A stretch of DNA of 64,000 nt from Bradymonadales bacterium (GTDB lineage: Bacteria > Bdellovibrionota > UBA2394), in assembly GCA_007693605.1 (NCBI GenBank), contig REDG01000051.1:6255-70254 (forward strand), written 5' to 3'. The number at the start of each line of letters is the position of its first letter. Positions within the stretch are counted from its first letter, which is position 1. Below are positions 49,360 through 58,451 of this stretch, in pieces. Made by a program: the position numbers and the translations under genes. The notes under the pieces were generated by a model that saw nothing but the letters and a program-made list of their open reading frames with translations, searched no databases and had not been told where the DNA came from.

Positions 49360-49947
49360 TTGATCCGGACGATGTGTAGAAGCTTTTGCCTGAGTTTAAG
49401 TTTGTATTTTTTGAGTCTGTCGGTCGCAGAAGCCGAAGAGGCGTGGTCTCGTTTGCAGAGTCACTTTCAAGATTTTGTGGGTTTTCAAGTTCAGTTTGAG
49501 CAAGAGGTGCTCCCATCCGAGGAGAACGGGATGCGGGGGATTTTTGCCGAGTTGCCTCCAAAGCCTCGGGGCCAGATTAGATTTCGTCGTGATCCCAAGT
49601 TGAGTTTGGTCTGGCAGTATGAGTTCCCCGAAGAGCGGAAATGGTCTTTCGATGGGAAGGACTGGTGGGTGATTGACTCAGAACGACACGATCGAGTCCC
49701 TCAAGGAGATTTTTTGAGTCTAGACGAGAGTTTTTCGTTCTTATGGGGAGGAGAACATCCGGAGCTTCGACTCGAAGCGATCGATGAAGACCGATTTAGA
49801 CTTCTGCCGCTGAATCCCCAACGGGCGGGTTTCAAGCAAATTGAGGTTCGTTTAGAGGCGGCCCTAGTCGCAGAGGCCGTGCTTTACGACCATCTTGAGG
49901 GGCGAACTCGTTATGAGTTTAAGAACTGGAAGATTGAGAGACCCTAG
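49360..49947 (+). CDS. LolA-like outer-membrane lipoprotein carrier
   Basis: Signal peptide; FQVQFEQE...GQIRF.R....WQYEFPE....FDGK..W; C-terminal D.L..RTRYEF.N. Confidence 0.65.
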   Translation: MIRTMCRSFCLSLSLYFLSLSVAEAEEAWSRLQSHFQDFVGFQVQFEQEVLPSEENGMRGIFAELPPKPRGQIRFRRDPKLSLVWQYEFPEERKWSFDGKDWWVIDSERHDRVPQGDFLSLDESFSFLWGGEHPELRLEAIDEDRFRLLPLNPQRAGFKQIEVRLEAALVAEAVLYDHLEGRTRYEFKNWKIERP

Positions 49948-50098
49948 TGGTCCAACCGGTAAATTGTTTCCGTGTTGTGCTGAGGCCGGCTCTCGGTTCT
50001 TCGCTGCAGGCTGTCAAAGTTTAGGGAGTGTCGCGAAAGGCTCACTCCCCTCTGTCGCTCCCTTCTCTGCTTCCTGCATTTGGGCCCTGATCGTCTCT
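49944..50098 (+). repeat. Composite of repeat B (49944-49979) and degenerate repeat A (50022-50098)
   Basis: CTAGTGGTCCAACCGGTAAATTGTTTCCGTGTTGTG, then TAGGGAGTGTCGCGAAA...GCATTTGGGCCCTGATCGTCTCT. Confidence 0.6.
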
Positions 50099-50191
50099 TC
50101 TGAATGGGGGTTATAGCGACCCTCGAGTTTTCAAAAAATTAGTCATTTTGAGGGCCTTCAGATATTCTGAAGGGGCTGTGGGAGGCCTGAT

Positions 50192-52471
50192 TTGAAGATC
50201 GTTTTGCGAATGACTCAGCTCTCGTCGAAGATCGAGACGGAGGTCGTTTTTGATCGGCTTCCGGTCTTGATTGGTCGTTCGAAGATCTGTGATCTTAGCC
50301 TCGAAGACGCTCTGAGTTCTCGACAGCATTGTGTCATTGAGAGCGCCGATTCTCAGAGCTTGCGGGTGGTGGATTTAAAGTCAGCCAACGGCAGCTTAGT
50401 GAATGGAGAGAAAGTCAAAGAAGCCCCCTTTCGAGTGGGCGACAGTCTGCAAATTGGTGAGACTGTGATCTCCTTAGAGCGAGTGACCCGAATTCAGAAG
50501 GAGGAGACGACGGTTCATGAACTAGAGCCCTGGAGTCCAGAGGATGTGCCTGAGACGACCGGAACCGTCTTGCGTACAGAAGACGGAAATCTGCTCTCTG
50601 TAGACGAACTCGTTGAGAAGGAGCCTGAGCCTGAACCCGAGCCTTCAGAGGTTTCTGCTCCAGCCAAGGAGAAGGCTCTCAAGATCCCGCCCGCCGAAGA
50701 AGTTTCTGCCAAGGCCGAGCCAAAGGAGCCGTCGAAAGCCAAGGAGTCTAAACAGACTCAGTCGACCTCAGGGTCGAAAGGGGCAGCCGCCAAACGGGCT
50801 CAGAAAAAAGCAAAGGCAGAAGCGCCCGAAGAAGTGGTGACCGAAGCGGATGAGGCTCCAGAAGTTTCTGTCTCCGGCGACGACGAGATGAGTTTCAAAA
50901 CGCCGAGTGTCTTTCGACCCCAGGCTCCCGCCTCTCATCTCAAGGCGAAAGATTGGGTTCAGGTTTCTCTCTTTTGGAAGAACTCTTTGATTGATGTTCA
51001 ATGTTTTGAAAGAGGCCAAATTGTCAAAGTCGGAAAGGGAGTGGAAAATGATTTTCAAGTTGATCTTCCTTCCATGCCTGAACGAATCTCCTTTCTTAAG
51101 ATTCTAAACGAAGGCATTGAGCTGAACTTGGGGATGCCTGCCACCGGCGTGGTGGAGACCCGCGGCAAAGTGAGAGAGTTAGACGAGCTTCGTGCCTTTG
51201 CTCGGCAAACGGATTTGGGTCTTAGCGCACAGATTCCCTTTCGAGACCGCTGCCTGATTGAGATTGGTCCCTTCAGTTTTTTTATTCAATCCGTTCGGCT
51301 TCGGCTAGCCCAAGCCCTTGAGAGACCTTTGGTGAAAGAGCCTCTGTTTAGCGGAGTGCTTGTCAGTGTTTCTGTGGCTTTCATTTTGTTTTTTACGAGC
51401 ATTCATCAGTTGCAGCCCAGTCCGGTGGAGCCCGAGGAGCTGGCGGAAGAATTGATTTTGGAGATTGCTCTGCCAGAGGAGCCTCAAGTGAGGCCACCAC
51501 CGCCACCACCACCTCCGCCTCGACAGCCACGGGCGCGCGACGGTCAACGGAGGGAGCAGGCTCGGCGAGATGTTGGAGCGGGCGGAGAGGGAGCCCGAGC
51601 TAGTGGGGCTGAAGGCGCAAGAGGTCAAGAGACGGGTCGACAGCAAACAGAGGCGCGCAGTATTGGCTTTGAAACTCGAGAGGCGCCACCCACCCGAACA
51701 CCGCCTCGCGGCGCGATGGGAGATCAAACCAGAGCGCAGGCGCAAAGAGGAAGCCGGCCCGCCGAAGGCACAGGAACGGCTCGACCCCGCCCGGAGGCTC
51801 AACAACAAGCCCCCAGTCCGACCCCTCGGCCTCAGGTACGAGTCGAGGAGCAAGGTCTACTGGGAGTTTTGGGTCAGAGTGGTGGGGGTGGACAGGCGCG
51901 GCAAGGCGGTCGGGCTGAAGGTCGAGGCTTGGGCGGAGAGATTGAAGGCGCCGTCCGCGGGCTTGAACAGGGCTCCACGATTGATCAGCGAGGTTCAGGG
52001 GGTCGAGGTCGTGAGGGTCGAGAGTTCGGCGGCGGGGGCAGCGAGATTGAAGTGGGCGGCTTGGGCACCGCGGGTCGCGGCGGAGGTCGAGCGGGTTTTG
52101 GCTTGGGTTCCTCGGGCCGAGATGGGGAAGCGGAAGTTTCTTTTGTGATGGAAGAGGTCGAGGTTCGAGACGGCTTGACTCGCGAAGAAATCGCCAGAGT
52201 GGTTCGTGCTCACGAACATGAGATTCGAGCTTGTTATGATCGAGCCTTGATTCAAGCCGGAAATCGCGAGATCGCTGGTCGGTTAGAGGTGGCGTGGTTC
52301 GTGAATGCGCAGGGGAGGGCGGTCAATATCGAGAGACAGTCTGCCTTTGGTTCAGACGGGGGACTGTTCGATTGTGTGGCGGGTCGAATTCGGTCTTGGC
52401 AGTTTCCCAGACCCAGAGGCGGTCAAGGAGCTCAGGTTACCTATCCCTGGCTATTAAGAAGAGGAGCTTAA
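50192..52471 (+). CDS. GltG/PglI (AgmX-type) protein: FHA + TM + Pro/Gly linker + TonB-like C-terminus
   Basis: IGRSK..D..L....SSRQHC...DLKSANG (FHA); one TM; PPPPPPPP; GLTREEIARVV..H..EIRACY...C....IRSWQFPRP.GG..V.YP. Confidence 0.85.
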   Translation: MKIVLRMTQLSSKIETEVVFDRLPVLIGRSKICDLSLEDALSSRQHCVIESADSQSLRVVDLKSANGSLVNGEKVKEAPFRVGDSLQIGETVISLERVTRIQKEETTVHELEPWSPEDVPETTGTVLRTEDGNLLSVDELVEKEPEPEPEPSEVSAPAKEKALKIPPAEEVSAKAEPKEPSKAKESKQTQSTSGSKGAAAKRAQKKAKAEAPEEVVTEADEAPEVSVSGDDEMSFKTPSVFRPQAPASHLKAKDWVQVSLFWKNSLIDVQCFERGQIVKVGKGVENDFQVDLPSMPERISFLKILNEGIELNLGMPATGVVETRGKVRELDELRAFARQTDLGLSAQIPFRDRCLIEIGPFSFFIQSVRLRLAQALERPLVKEPLFSGVLVSVSVAFILFFTSIHQLQPSPVEPEELAEELILEIALPEEPQVRPPPPPPPPPRQPRARDGQRREQARRDVGAGGEGARASGAEGARGQETGRQQTEARSIGFETREAPPTRTPPRGAMGDQTRAQAQRGSRPAEGTGTARPRPEAQQQAPSPTPRPQVRVEEQGLLGVLGQSGGGGQARQGGRAEGRGLGGEIEGAVRGLEQGSTIDQRGSGGRGREGREFGGGGSEIEVGGLGTAGRGGGRAGFGLGSSGRDGEAEVSFVMEEVEVRDGLTREEIARVVRAHEHEIRACYDRALIQAGNREIAGRLEVAWFVNAQGRAVNIERQSAFGSDGGLFDCVAGRIRSWQFPRPRGGQGAQVTYPWLLRRGA

Positions 52472-52474
52472 CGG

Positions 52475-53044
52475 ATGAGATGGAAATTCCTAATCGCAGC
52501 GGCCTTCTTTGCTTGTGTGAGCGCCGAAACTCGAGGGGCAAACCAAGAGCCTCCACCCAGAGGGATTTATCTGGGAATGACCACCGGGCCGATTTACTTT
52601 ATGGGCGCGTCTGACCGACGACTATACGGAGATTCATGGGTGGTCGGCCTGCGGGCGGGCTACGATTTTTTTCCCTACTTGGGCTTAGAGGCTCAAGTTC
52701 GATTTTCTGGGCATGATACATCGAGGCAACTTTCTGAAGGTCCTGATCAGATTCCCACAAGCTTTTGGGCTATTCAAGGCCTGGCAATTCTGCGGGGATC
52801 TTATCCATTCACTCGAAGACTTTCTGTGTCCGCCGAAGTGGGTGGGGGAACTTGGTACACGAACCCCAATCAAAATCCCAGATTACGGGGCAGCTATCGA
52901 CTGATGGCCACCGGAGGCTTGGGTCTGCAGTACTTCTTGCGAATTCGGTCTTTGGCCATGGGCCTGGATCCACAACTGAGTATTGTTCAAGATCTGGAGG
53001 CGCCGGTGCTGCAGGCAACCGCCTATATTCGCTATACATTTTAG
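52475..53044 (+). CDS. OmpA-like outer-membrane beta-barrel, CglE/GltH-like
   Basis: Signal peptide, RGIY..., GLRAGYD, GGLGLQYF, terminal YIRYTF; follows gltG. Confidence 0.65.
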   Translation: MRWKFLIAAAFFACVSAETRGANQEPPPRGIYLGMTTGPIYFMGASDRRLYGDSWVVGLRAGYDFFPYLGLEAQVRFSGHDTSRQLSEGPDQIPTSFWAIQGLAILRGSYPFTRRLSVSAEVGGGTWYTNPNQNPRLRGSYRLMATGGLGLQYFLRIRSLAMGLDPQLSIVQDLEAPVLQATAYIRYTF

Positions 53045-53083
53045 GTCGACGACCGGCTTTTGAGGCGCTAGAGAGGAGCCTCC

Positions 53084-53974
53084 ATGCTTTTGAGTATGAC
53101 AGGCTTTTGTACGGCTTCGACCGAGATTCAGCTTCCAAGCTCTGAACTCTCTCTGCGTATTGAACTCAAGGCCTTCAATTCTCGTTATCTCGACCTCCAT
53201 TGGAAGATTCCCAAAGCCTACCAGGCTTGGGAGTCTCGACTGGCAGAACTTTTGAAGAAGCATGTCAGCCGAGGTCGTATTGAGATTTCAATTCAAAGGC
53301 AGATTTTGCAGGGAGGGCTGAGCCCTCTAAGGCTGAATCTGGAGCGGGCTCGAGCCTATGCGACAAGCTTGCGAGGGATTCAAGAGGAACTTGGGCTTTC
53401 GGCTGAACTTTCACTTCAAAATCTTCTCAGTTTCAGCGACTGGCTAGAGGTTCAAGAAGAGAGATCCCCTTGTGATGTCGAGTGGAAGGCTCTCTCAGAG
53501 GCCTTTGACAATGCCGGAACTTCCCTAAGGGATTCTCGTCAGCTTGAGGGAAGCTCGCTGCTCAAAGTTCTTCAAAGCCATCATCAAGAGCTCTGTCGCT
53601 TTGTTGAGATTTTTCAGGCGGCAAAAGACCAGCTAGTAAGAGAGCTTCGAGATCGTTGGAGGCTCCGCTGGCAGGAGTTGTCTAAAGATCAAAAACTAGA
53701 TTCAACTCGTATGGAGCAAGAGTTGGTCTATTTTGTGGGTCGGAGTGACTTCACCGAAGAGGTCGATCGGCTTCTTCATTTGGTACAGAGCTTTGGAAAG
53801 TTGTTAGAGGCTCCAGCTGAAAAGGGCCGTCGACTGGAGTTTACTGCACAGGAAATGCTTCGAGAGGCCAATACTCTTGGCTCGAAGTGTAGCTCTGGGC
53901 TCCTCCTTCAAGAAGTCATTGAGATGAAGTCCGTGATTGAAAAGATTCGCGAACAAGTTTTGAATGTAGAATAA
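53084..53974 (+). CDS. yicC: YicC/YloC family endoribonuclease
   Basis: SMTGF, NSRYLD, RGRIE, EEVDRL, GRRLEF..QEM.REANTLGSK, EKIREQVLNVE. Confidence 0.92.
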   Translation: MLLSMTGFCTASTEIQLPSSELSLRIELKAFNSRYLDLHWKIPKAYQAWESRLAELLKKHVSRGRIEISIQRQILQGGLSPLRLNLERARAYATSLRGIQEELGLSAELSLQNLLSFSDWLEVQEERSPCDVEWKALSEAFDNAGTSLRDSRQLEGSSLLKVLQSHHQELCRFVEIFQAAKDQLVRELRDRWRLRWQELSKDQKLDSTRMEQELVYFVGRSDFTEEVDRLLHLVQSFGKLLEAPAEKGRRLEFTAQEMLREANTLGSKCSSGLLLQEVIEMKSVIEKIREQVLNVE

Positions 53975-53975
53975 G

Positions 53976-54569
53976 TTGAATACCTCAGAAGTCAGATCTT
54001 TTGTTCTTTGTGTTGCGGGTCCTTCCGGAAGCGGAAAGACCAGTTTGTGCGATCAACTGGCCTTGAAGCTCCCCTTCGCCAAGCGCTCGATCTCGTTCAC
54101 CACCAGACCCCAACGCCCTGGGGAGAATGCTGGAGGGGACTATCATTTTGTGACAAAGGCGGAGTTTGAGAAGATGCGAGATGAGGGGAAGTTCTTGGAA
54201 ACAGCGGAGGTTTTCGGAAATCTCTACGGCACCCCTCTCGAGCCCGTCGAGGAGGCCTTGCAGGCGGGCCAGGTCATGATTATGGATGTCGATACGGTCG
54301 GAGCGGACGCCGTAAAGAAGAAGCTCACCGGTCGCTGCGTTCGAGTTTTTATTATGCCCCCTTCGATGGAAGAGCTTGAGCGGAGATTACGAACTCGACA
54401 GCAGAACAACTCAGAAGATCTAGAGCGGCGATTGGCTGAGGCAAGACGGGAAATGAAGGAAGGGGAGTCTTACGAATATGTCGTTGAGAATCGGGACTTT
54501 GATGAGGCCTTCGATCAGCTTCGCTATATTGTCGATCGAGAGCGAATCTCCCCTAGCCACAAGTCTTGA
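53976..54569 (+). CDS. gmk: Guanylate kinase
   Basis: GPSGSGKT, TTRPQRPGE..G.DYHFV, FLE.AEVFGNLYGT, FIMPPS. Confidence 0.95.
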   Translation: MNTSEVRSFVLCVAGPSGSGKTSLCDQLALKLPFAKRSISFTTRPQRPGENAGGDYHFVTKAEFEKMRDEGKFLETAEVFGNLYGTPLEPVEEALQAGQVMIMDVDTVGADAVKKKLTGRCVRVFIMPPSMEELERRLRTRQQNNSEDLERRLAEARREMKEGESYEYVVENRDFDEAFDQLRYIVDRERISPSHKS

Positions 54570-54616
54570 TCGAAAGCCCTTGAGTTTTAGCTGAAAACTG
54601 AGTAGCAAAAGGCTCT

Positions 54617-54829
54617 ATGGCGCGAATTACTGTCGAAGACTGTTTAGAGCATGTGGATAATCGCTTCGAGCTGGTCCATCTGGCGAGTCGAAGGACTCGG
54701 CAACTCATGAAGGGGGCAAGACCCTTGGTGGACAATACTTTTTCACAAAATCGTTTGGTGGTGGTCGGTCTAAGAGAAATTGCCGCCGGCTTTGTAAAAT
54801 CAGTCAAAAAGCTACCTTCTGAAGCCTGA
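54617..54829 (+). CDS. rpoZ: RNA polymerase omega subunit
   Basis: [31 protein letters not shown]. Confidence 0.95.
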   Translation: MARITVEDCLEHVDNRFELVHLASRRTRQLMKGARPLVDNTFSQNRLVVVGLREIAAGFVKSVKKLPSEA

Positions 54830-54902
54830 ATTTATCTCTAAATTTGTATAAGAAGTTCTAGGCTGCTCGCCCGTAAAAGACTCTCGTGCTAATCTGTGAA
54901 CG

Positions 54903-57071
54903 GTGAGCATTTCTCAGTCATTGATCGAAGAAGTTCAAGAAAAGCACCCAAGCTTTCCGGTTGAGCCCCTAAAGCGGGCTTTTGAGTTGGCGAACCGTTC
55001 TCATGGCGAACAAAAACGGCGCAGCGGAGAGCCTTATATCATTCATCCCGTCGAGGTGGTTCGGATTCTGCTTCAAATGAGAGTGGACCTTCCCTCACTC
55101 ATTGCAGGGCTTTTGCATGACACCGTTGAAGACACATTTTTAAGCCTCGAAGAAATTGAACAAAGTTTTGGAAAAGAAGTGAGTTTTTTGGTCGACGGCG
55201 TGACGAAGCTCTCGAAGCTTTCGTTTCGATCGAAACATACGGCTCAAGCTGAAAATTTTCGAAAAATGATCATGGCGATGGGGCGAGATGTTCGCGTGAT
55301 TCTCATAAAGCTTGCAGACCGTCTCCACAATATGCGCACGCTGCAACATATGCCACCCACCAAGCAACAAGAGATCGCGAGTGAAACTGAAGAAGTCTAC
55401 GCCCCCCTCGCTCATCGTTTGGGAATCAATTGGGTGAAGACAGAACTTCAAGACCTTTCCCTTCGTTATCTCAAGCCGGATGTTTACTTTAAGTTGGTCG
55501 AGTTGGTGGCTCAAAGTCGGGCGGGTCGAGAGAAGTACATTCAAGAAATTTCAAAAGTGACTTCAGAGCGCCTGGATGAGGCGGGCTTTGGGCAATACGA
55601 GATTCAAGGGCGACCCAAACACTTTTACTCGATTTACAAGAAAATGGAGAAAGCTCAGCTCACCTTTGAAGAGATTCATGACCTTCTTGCTGTTCGGATT
55701 GTTTGCGAAGACATTCGCTCTTGTTATCAGTCTTTAGGGATTTTGCACTCGATGTGGAAGCCCGTTCCGGGACGCTTCAAAGACTACATCGCAATGCCGA
55801 AAGCCAACCTCTACCAGAGCCTTCATACGACCGTCATTGGCCCCGGAGGTCAACGAGTGGAGTTTCAGATTCGAACCTTCGAGATGCATCGAATTGCCGA
55901 AGAGGGGATTGCGGCTCATTGGACTTATAAGGAAGACGGCAGCGTGGTGGCGAAGGATGCTGAAAAGTTTTCTTGGATTCGAAAGCTGGTTGAAGATCAA
56001 GAGGCGGTTGAAGATCCTTCGGAATTCATGAGTAGCCTAAAGATTGACCTCTTTGAAGAGGAGGTATTTGTCTTTACTCCTCGTGGTGATGTGATTTCTT
56101 TGCCTAGAAAGTCTTGCCCTGTGGATTTTGCTTATAGCATTCACTCCGCGGTCGGGGAGCGCTGCGTGGGAGCGAAGGTGAATGGTCGACTGGTGCCCTT
56201 GAGGCATCAGCTAGAGAGCGGAGATCATATTGAGATTATCACGAGCGAGTCTCAGTTTCCTCGAAAGGATTGGCTCGACTTTTGTGTGACTAGCAAGGCC
56301 CGTTCAAAGATCAGAGCCTATGTCAAAAAGGCGCAAAGAGATCAATCAAAAGACCTGGGTCTAAAACTCTTAGACCGAGAGTTTCGAAAGTCGAAGTTCA
56401 ATTTCTCTCGCTTGGTCAAGGAGGAGCGAGAGAAATTCGAAGAGGCTGTGCGCTCGATTGGTGCGGCCAACGAAGAAGATCTTCTAATTAAGGTGGGCTA
56501 CGGAAAGATAACGGCTGAAGAGGCCTTTAAGGCGGTCATGAAGAGTCTTCACCCTGAGGGCGCTGAGGCAGAGACAGCCTCTCAGGAGCAAGATCTCGTG
56601 GCGGCGACCAAGTTCAAAACCAAGTCAGGCCCTGACTCTAGCCCCATTATTGTCGATGGCGTTGACAATATTTTGGTTCGCTTTGCTCGCTGCTGTCAGC
56701 CGATTCCGGGCGAAGCCATTGTGGGATTTGTATCGCGAGGGAAGGGGATTTCTGTGCATCGAGCCGATTGTTCCAAGGCCCTCGAGCTGGATCCGGCTAG
56801 AAAGTTTGACCTGACTTGGGACCCCAAAAAGGGGCAAGACTTTCCGGTCAGCATCAAGGTGACGACCATGGATCGACCCGGGATGTTGGCCGACATTTCT
56901 CAGGTCATTTCGGCACAGGGAGCCAATATTTCGAATGCGAGGGTTCAGCTCCTACCGAACCAACGAGCCAGTATCATCTTTGATTTGAAGATTCAGAATC
57001 TTTCTCAGGTGCGATTATTGATTTCAAAAATCGAAGCCATCGAAGGGGTTATTCACGCCGAGCGGCATTAA
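54903..57071 (+). CDS. spoT: Bifunctional (p)ppGpp synthetase/hydrolase
   Basis: RRSGEPYIIHP, LLHDTVED, KLADRLHNMRT, GRPKHFYSI, YQSLHT, TGS, CC, ACT domains. Confidence 0.95.
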   Translation: MSISQSLIEEVQEKHPSFPVEPLKRAFELANRSHGEQKRRSGEPYIIHPVEVVRILLQMRVDLPSLIAGLLHDTVEDTFLSLEEIEQSFGKEVSFLVDGVTKLSKLSFRSKHTAQAENFRKMIMAMGRDVRVILIKLADRLHNMRTLQHMPPTKQQEIASETEEVYAPLAHRLGINWVKTELQDLSLRYLKPDVYFKLVELVAQSRAGREKYIQEISKVTSERLDEAGFGQYEIQGRPKHFYSIYKKMEKAQLTFEEIHDLLAVRIVCEDIRSCYQSLGILHSMWKPVPGRFKDYIAMPKANLYQSLHTTVIGPGGQRVEFQIRTFEMHRIAEEGIAAHWTYKEDGSVVAKDAEKFSWIRKLVEDQEAVEDPSEFMSSLKIDLFEEEVFVFTPRGDVISLPRKSCPVDFAYSIHSAVGERCVGAKVNGRLVPLRHQLESGDHIEIITSESQFPRKDWLDFCVTSKARSKIRAYVKKAQRDQSKDLGLKLLDREFRKSKFNFSRLVKEEREKFEEAVRSIGAANEEDLLIKVGYGKITAEEAFKAVMKSLHPEGAEAETASQEQDLVAATKFKTKSGPDSSPIIVDGVDNILVRFARCCQPIPGEAIVGFVSRGKGISVHRADCSKALELDPARKFDLTWDPKKGQDFPVSIKVTTMDRPGMLADISQVISAQGANISNARVQLLPNQRASIIFDLKIQNLSQVRLLISKIEAIEGVIHAERH

Positions 57072-58451
57072 TCAATCCTCTGAGTCGTCCCCATTTCCTT
57101 CAGAGATTCCGTATTTTTTCATGAGCCTTTGAACACTCTTACGATCAATTCCCGCTTCTTTTGCCGCCGCTGAGATATTGTACTTGCTCTTCTTTAAGAT
57201 ATCTTCGAGATACTGTTTTTCAAAAGCCCCAATCCACTGCTCTTTCGCATCTTTGAAGCCGAGATCATCCCGAATCTCGAGCTCTGCTCGGGCAATGGGA
57301 ACTCGAACCCTTTCGGGAATGTCATCGGGTTCGATGAGTTTTCCATCCATCAAGGAGAGAGCGCGACTGATGGTGTTTCTGAGTTCACGGACATTGCCCG
57401 GCCACTCGTGACTCATTAAAATCTCCATCGCACTCGATGTGATCCCCTCAATCGCTTGGTCAGGCTGGCTCTCGTTGTGGATTTGAATGAAGTGCTCGAC
57501 GAGCATCGGGATGTCCTCTTTTCTCTTTCTTAGAGGAGGTAGATAGATCGGCACGACATTGAGTCGATAAAACAAATCTTCTCGAAAACTGCCCTTTTTC
57601 ACTTCACTCTCTAGGTTTCGGTTTGTGGCAGCAACCACTCGAACATCTACCGGGAGCACTCGATCTCCTCCGACCCTTCGAATGCTTCGAGACTCCAGTG
57701 CCCGAAGAAGCTTTGGCTGAAGATCGAGCACGAGCTCGCCAATCTCGTCGAGGAAAATACTTCCAGAATCGGCCAGTTCAAAGGCTCCATGGCGAAGTCC
57801 GGTCGCTCCGGTAAAGGAGCCCTTTTCGTGACCGAAAAGTTCGCTCTCGATGAGGTTTTCCGCTACAGAAGAGCAGTCAAATACTACGAAGGGTCGCTTC
57901 GATCGCTTGCTCTTTTCATGAATGGCAGCGGCTACCAGCTCCTTACCCGTTCCCGATTCTCCTTCAATAATCACGGTGACATCGGTTGGCGCAATCTTTT
58001 CAATGATGGTGTAGATCTTTCTCATGGCGGTGCTTCCACCAATCAATTGAGCGTATCGATTCTTGTTGCTTGGAACGACTTCAAAGGTTTCGTCCTCAGG
58101 AGAGAATTTCAATTCGGTTTTTCCCGCCCGAATGACAGCACCGGGAGAAAGGAAGGCCTCTTTAATTCTGACCCCGTTGATGAACACTCCATTTCGAGAA
58201 TCTTTGTCCGATAGAAGGTAACCCTCTTTGGTCTGCTTAATCTCGAAGTGGTTTCGACTCATGGTGTCGTCTTTGATCACGATTTCATTGTCTGATTTGG
58301 TGCCAACTCGGATGACGGGTCGAGAGAGAGTGTAGTCTTTTGACTTCTGGTCTCCAGAAAGAACACTGAGTTTGCATTTGGCTAAGCGCAGGTGGGTGGG
58401 CTGTTCTTCCCATCGAATCACCTTGGTTGCTTGTGTTCGGTCTTTGCTCAT
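57072..58451 (-). CDS. FHA-domain sigma54-dependent enhancer-binding activator
   Basis: FHA (MSRNH, SRNG), [38 protein letters not shown]-terminal Fis HTH. Confidence 0.93.
   Translation of the reverse strand: MSKDRTQATKVIRWEEQPTHLRLAKCKLSVLSGDQKSKDYTLSRPVIRVGTKSDNEIVIKDDTMSRNHFEIKQTKEGYLLSDKDSRNGVFINGVRIKEAFLSPGAVIRAGKTELKFSPEDETFEVVPSNKNRYAQLIGGSTAMRKIYTIIEKIAPTDVTVIIEGESGTGKELVAAAIHEKSKRSKRPFVVFDCSSVAENLIESELFGHEKGSFTGATGLRHGAFELADSGSIFLDEIGELVLDLQPKLLRALESRSIRRVGGDRVLPVDVRVVAATNRNLESEVKKGSFREDLFYRLNVVPIYLPPLRKRKEDIPMLVEHFIQIHNESQPDQAIEGITSSAMEILMSHEWPGNVRELRNTISRALSLMDGKLIEPDDIPERVRVPIARAELEIRDDLGFKDAKEQWIGAFEKQYLEDILKKSKYNISAAAKEAGIDRKSVQRLMKKYGISEGNGDDSED

Noticed and set aside
48870-50098. 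Repeats as a CRISPR array
   Set aside because: Copies are dispersed and degenerate, with no regular spacers and no cas genes
51305-52148. Long alternative-frame ORFs and Pro/Gly-rich repeats inside gltG
   Set aside because: The GC-rich low-complexity linker typical of TonB-like proteins suppresses stops in other frames
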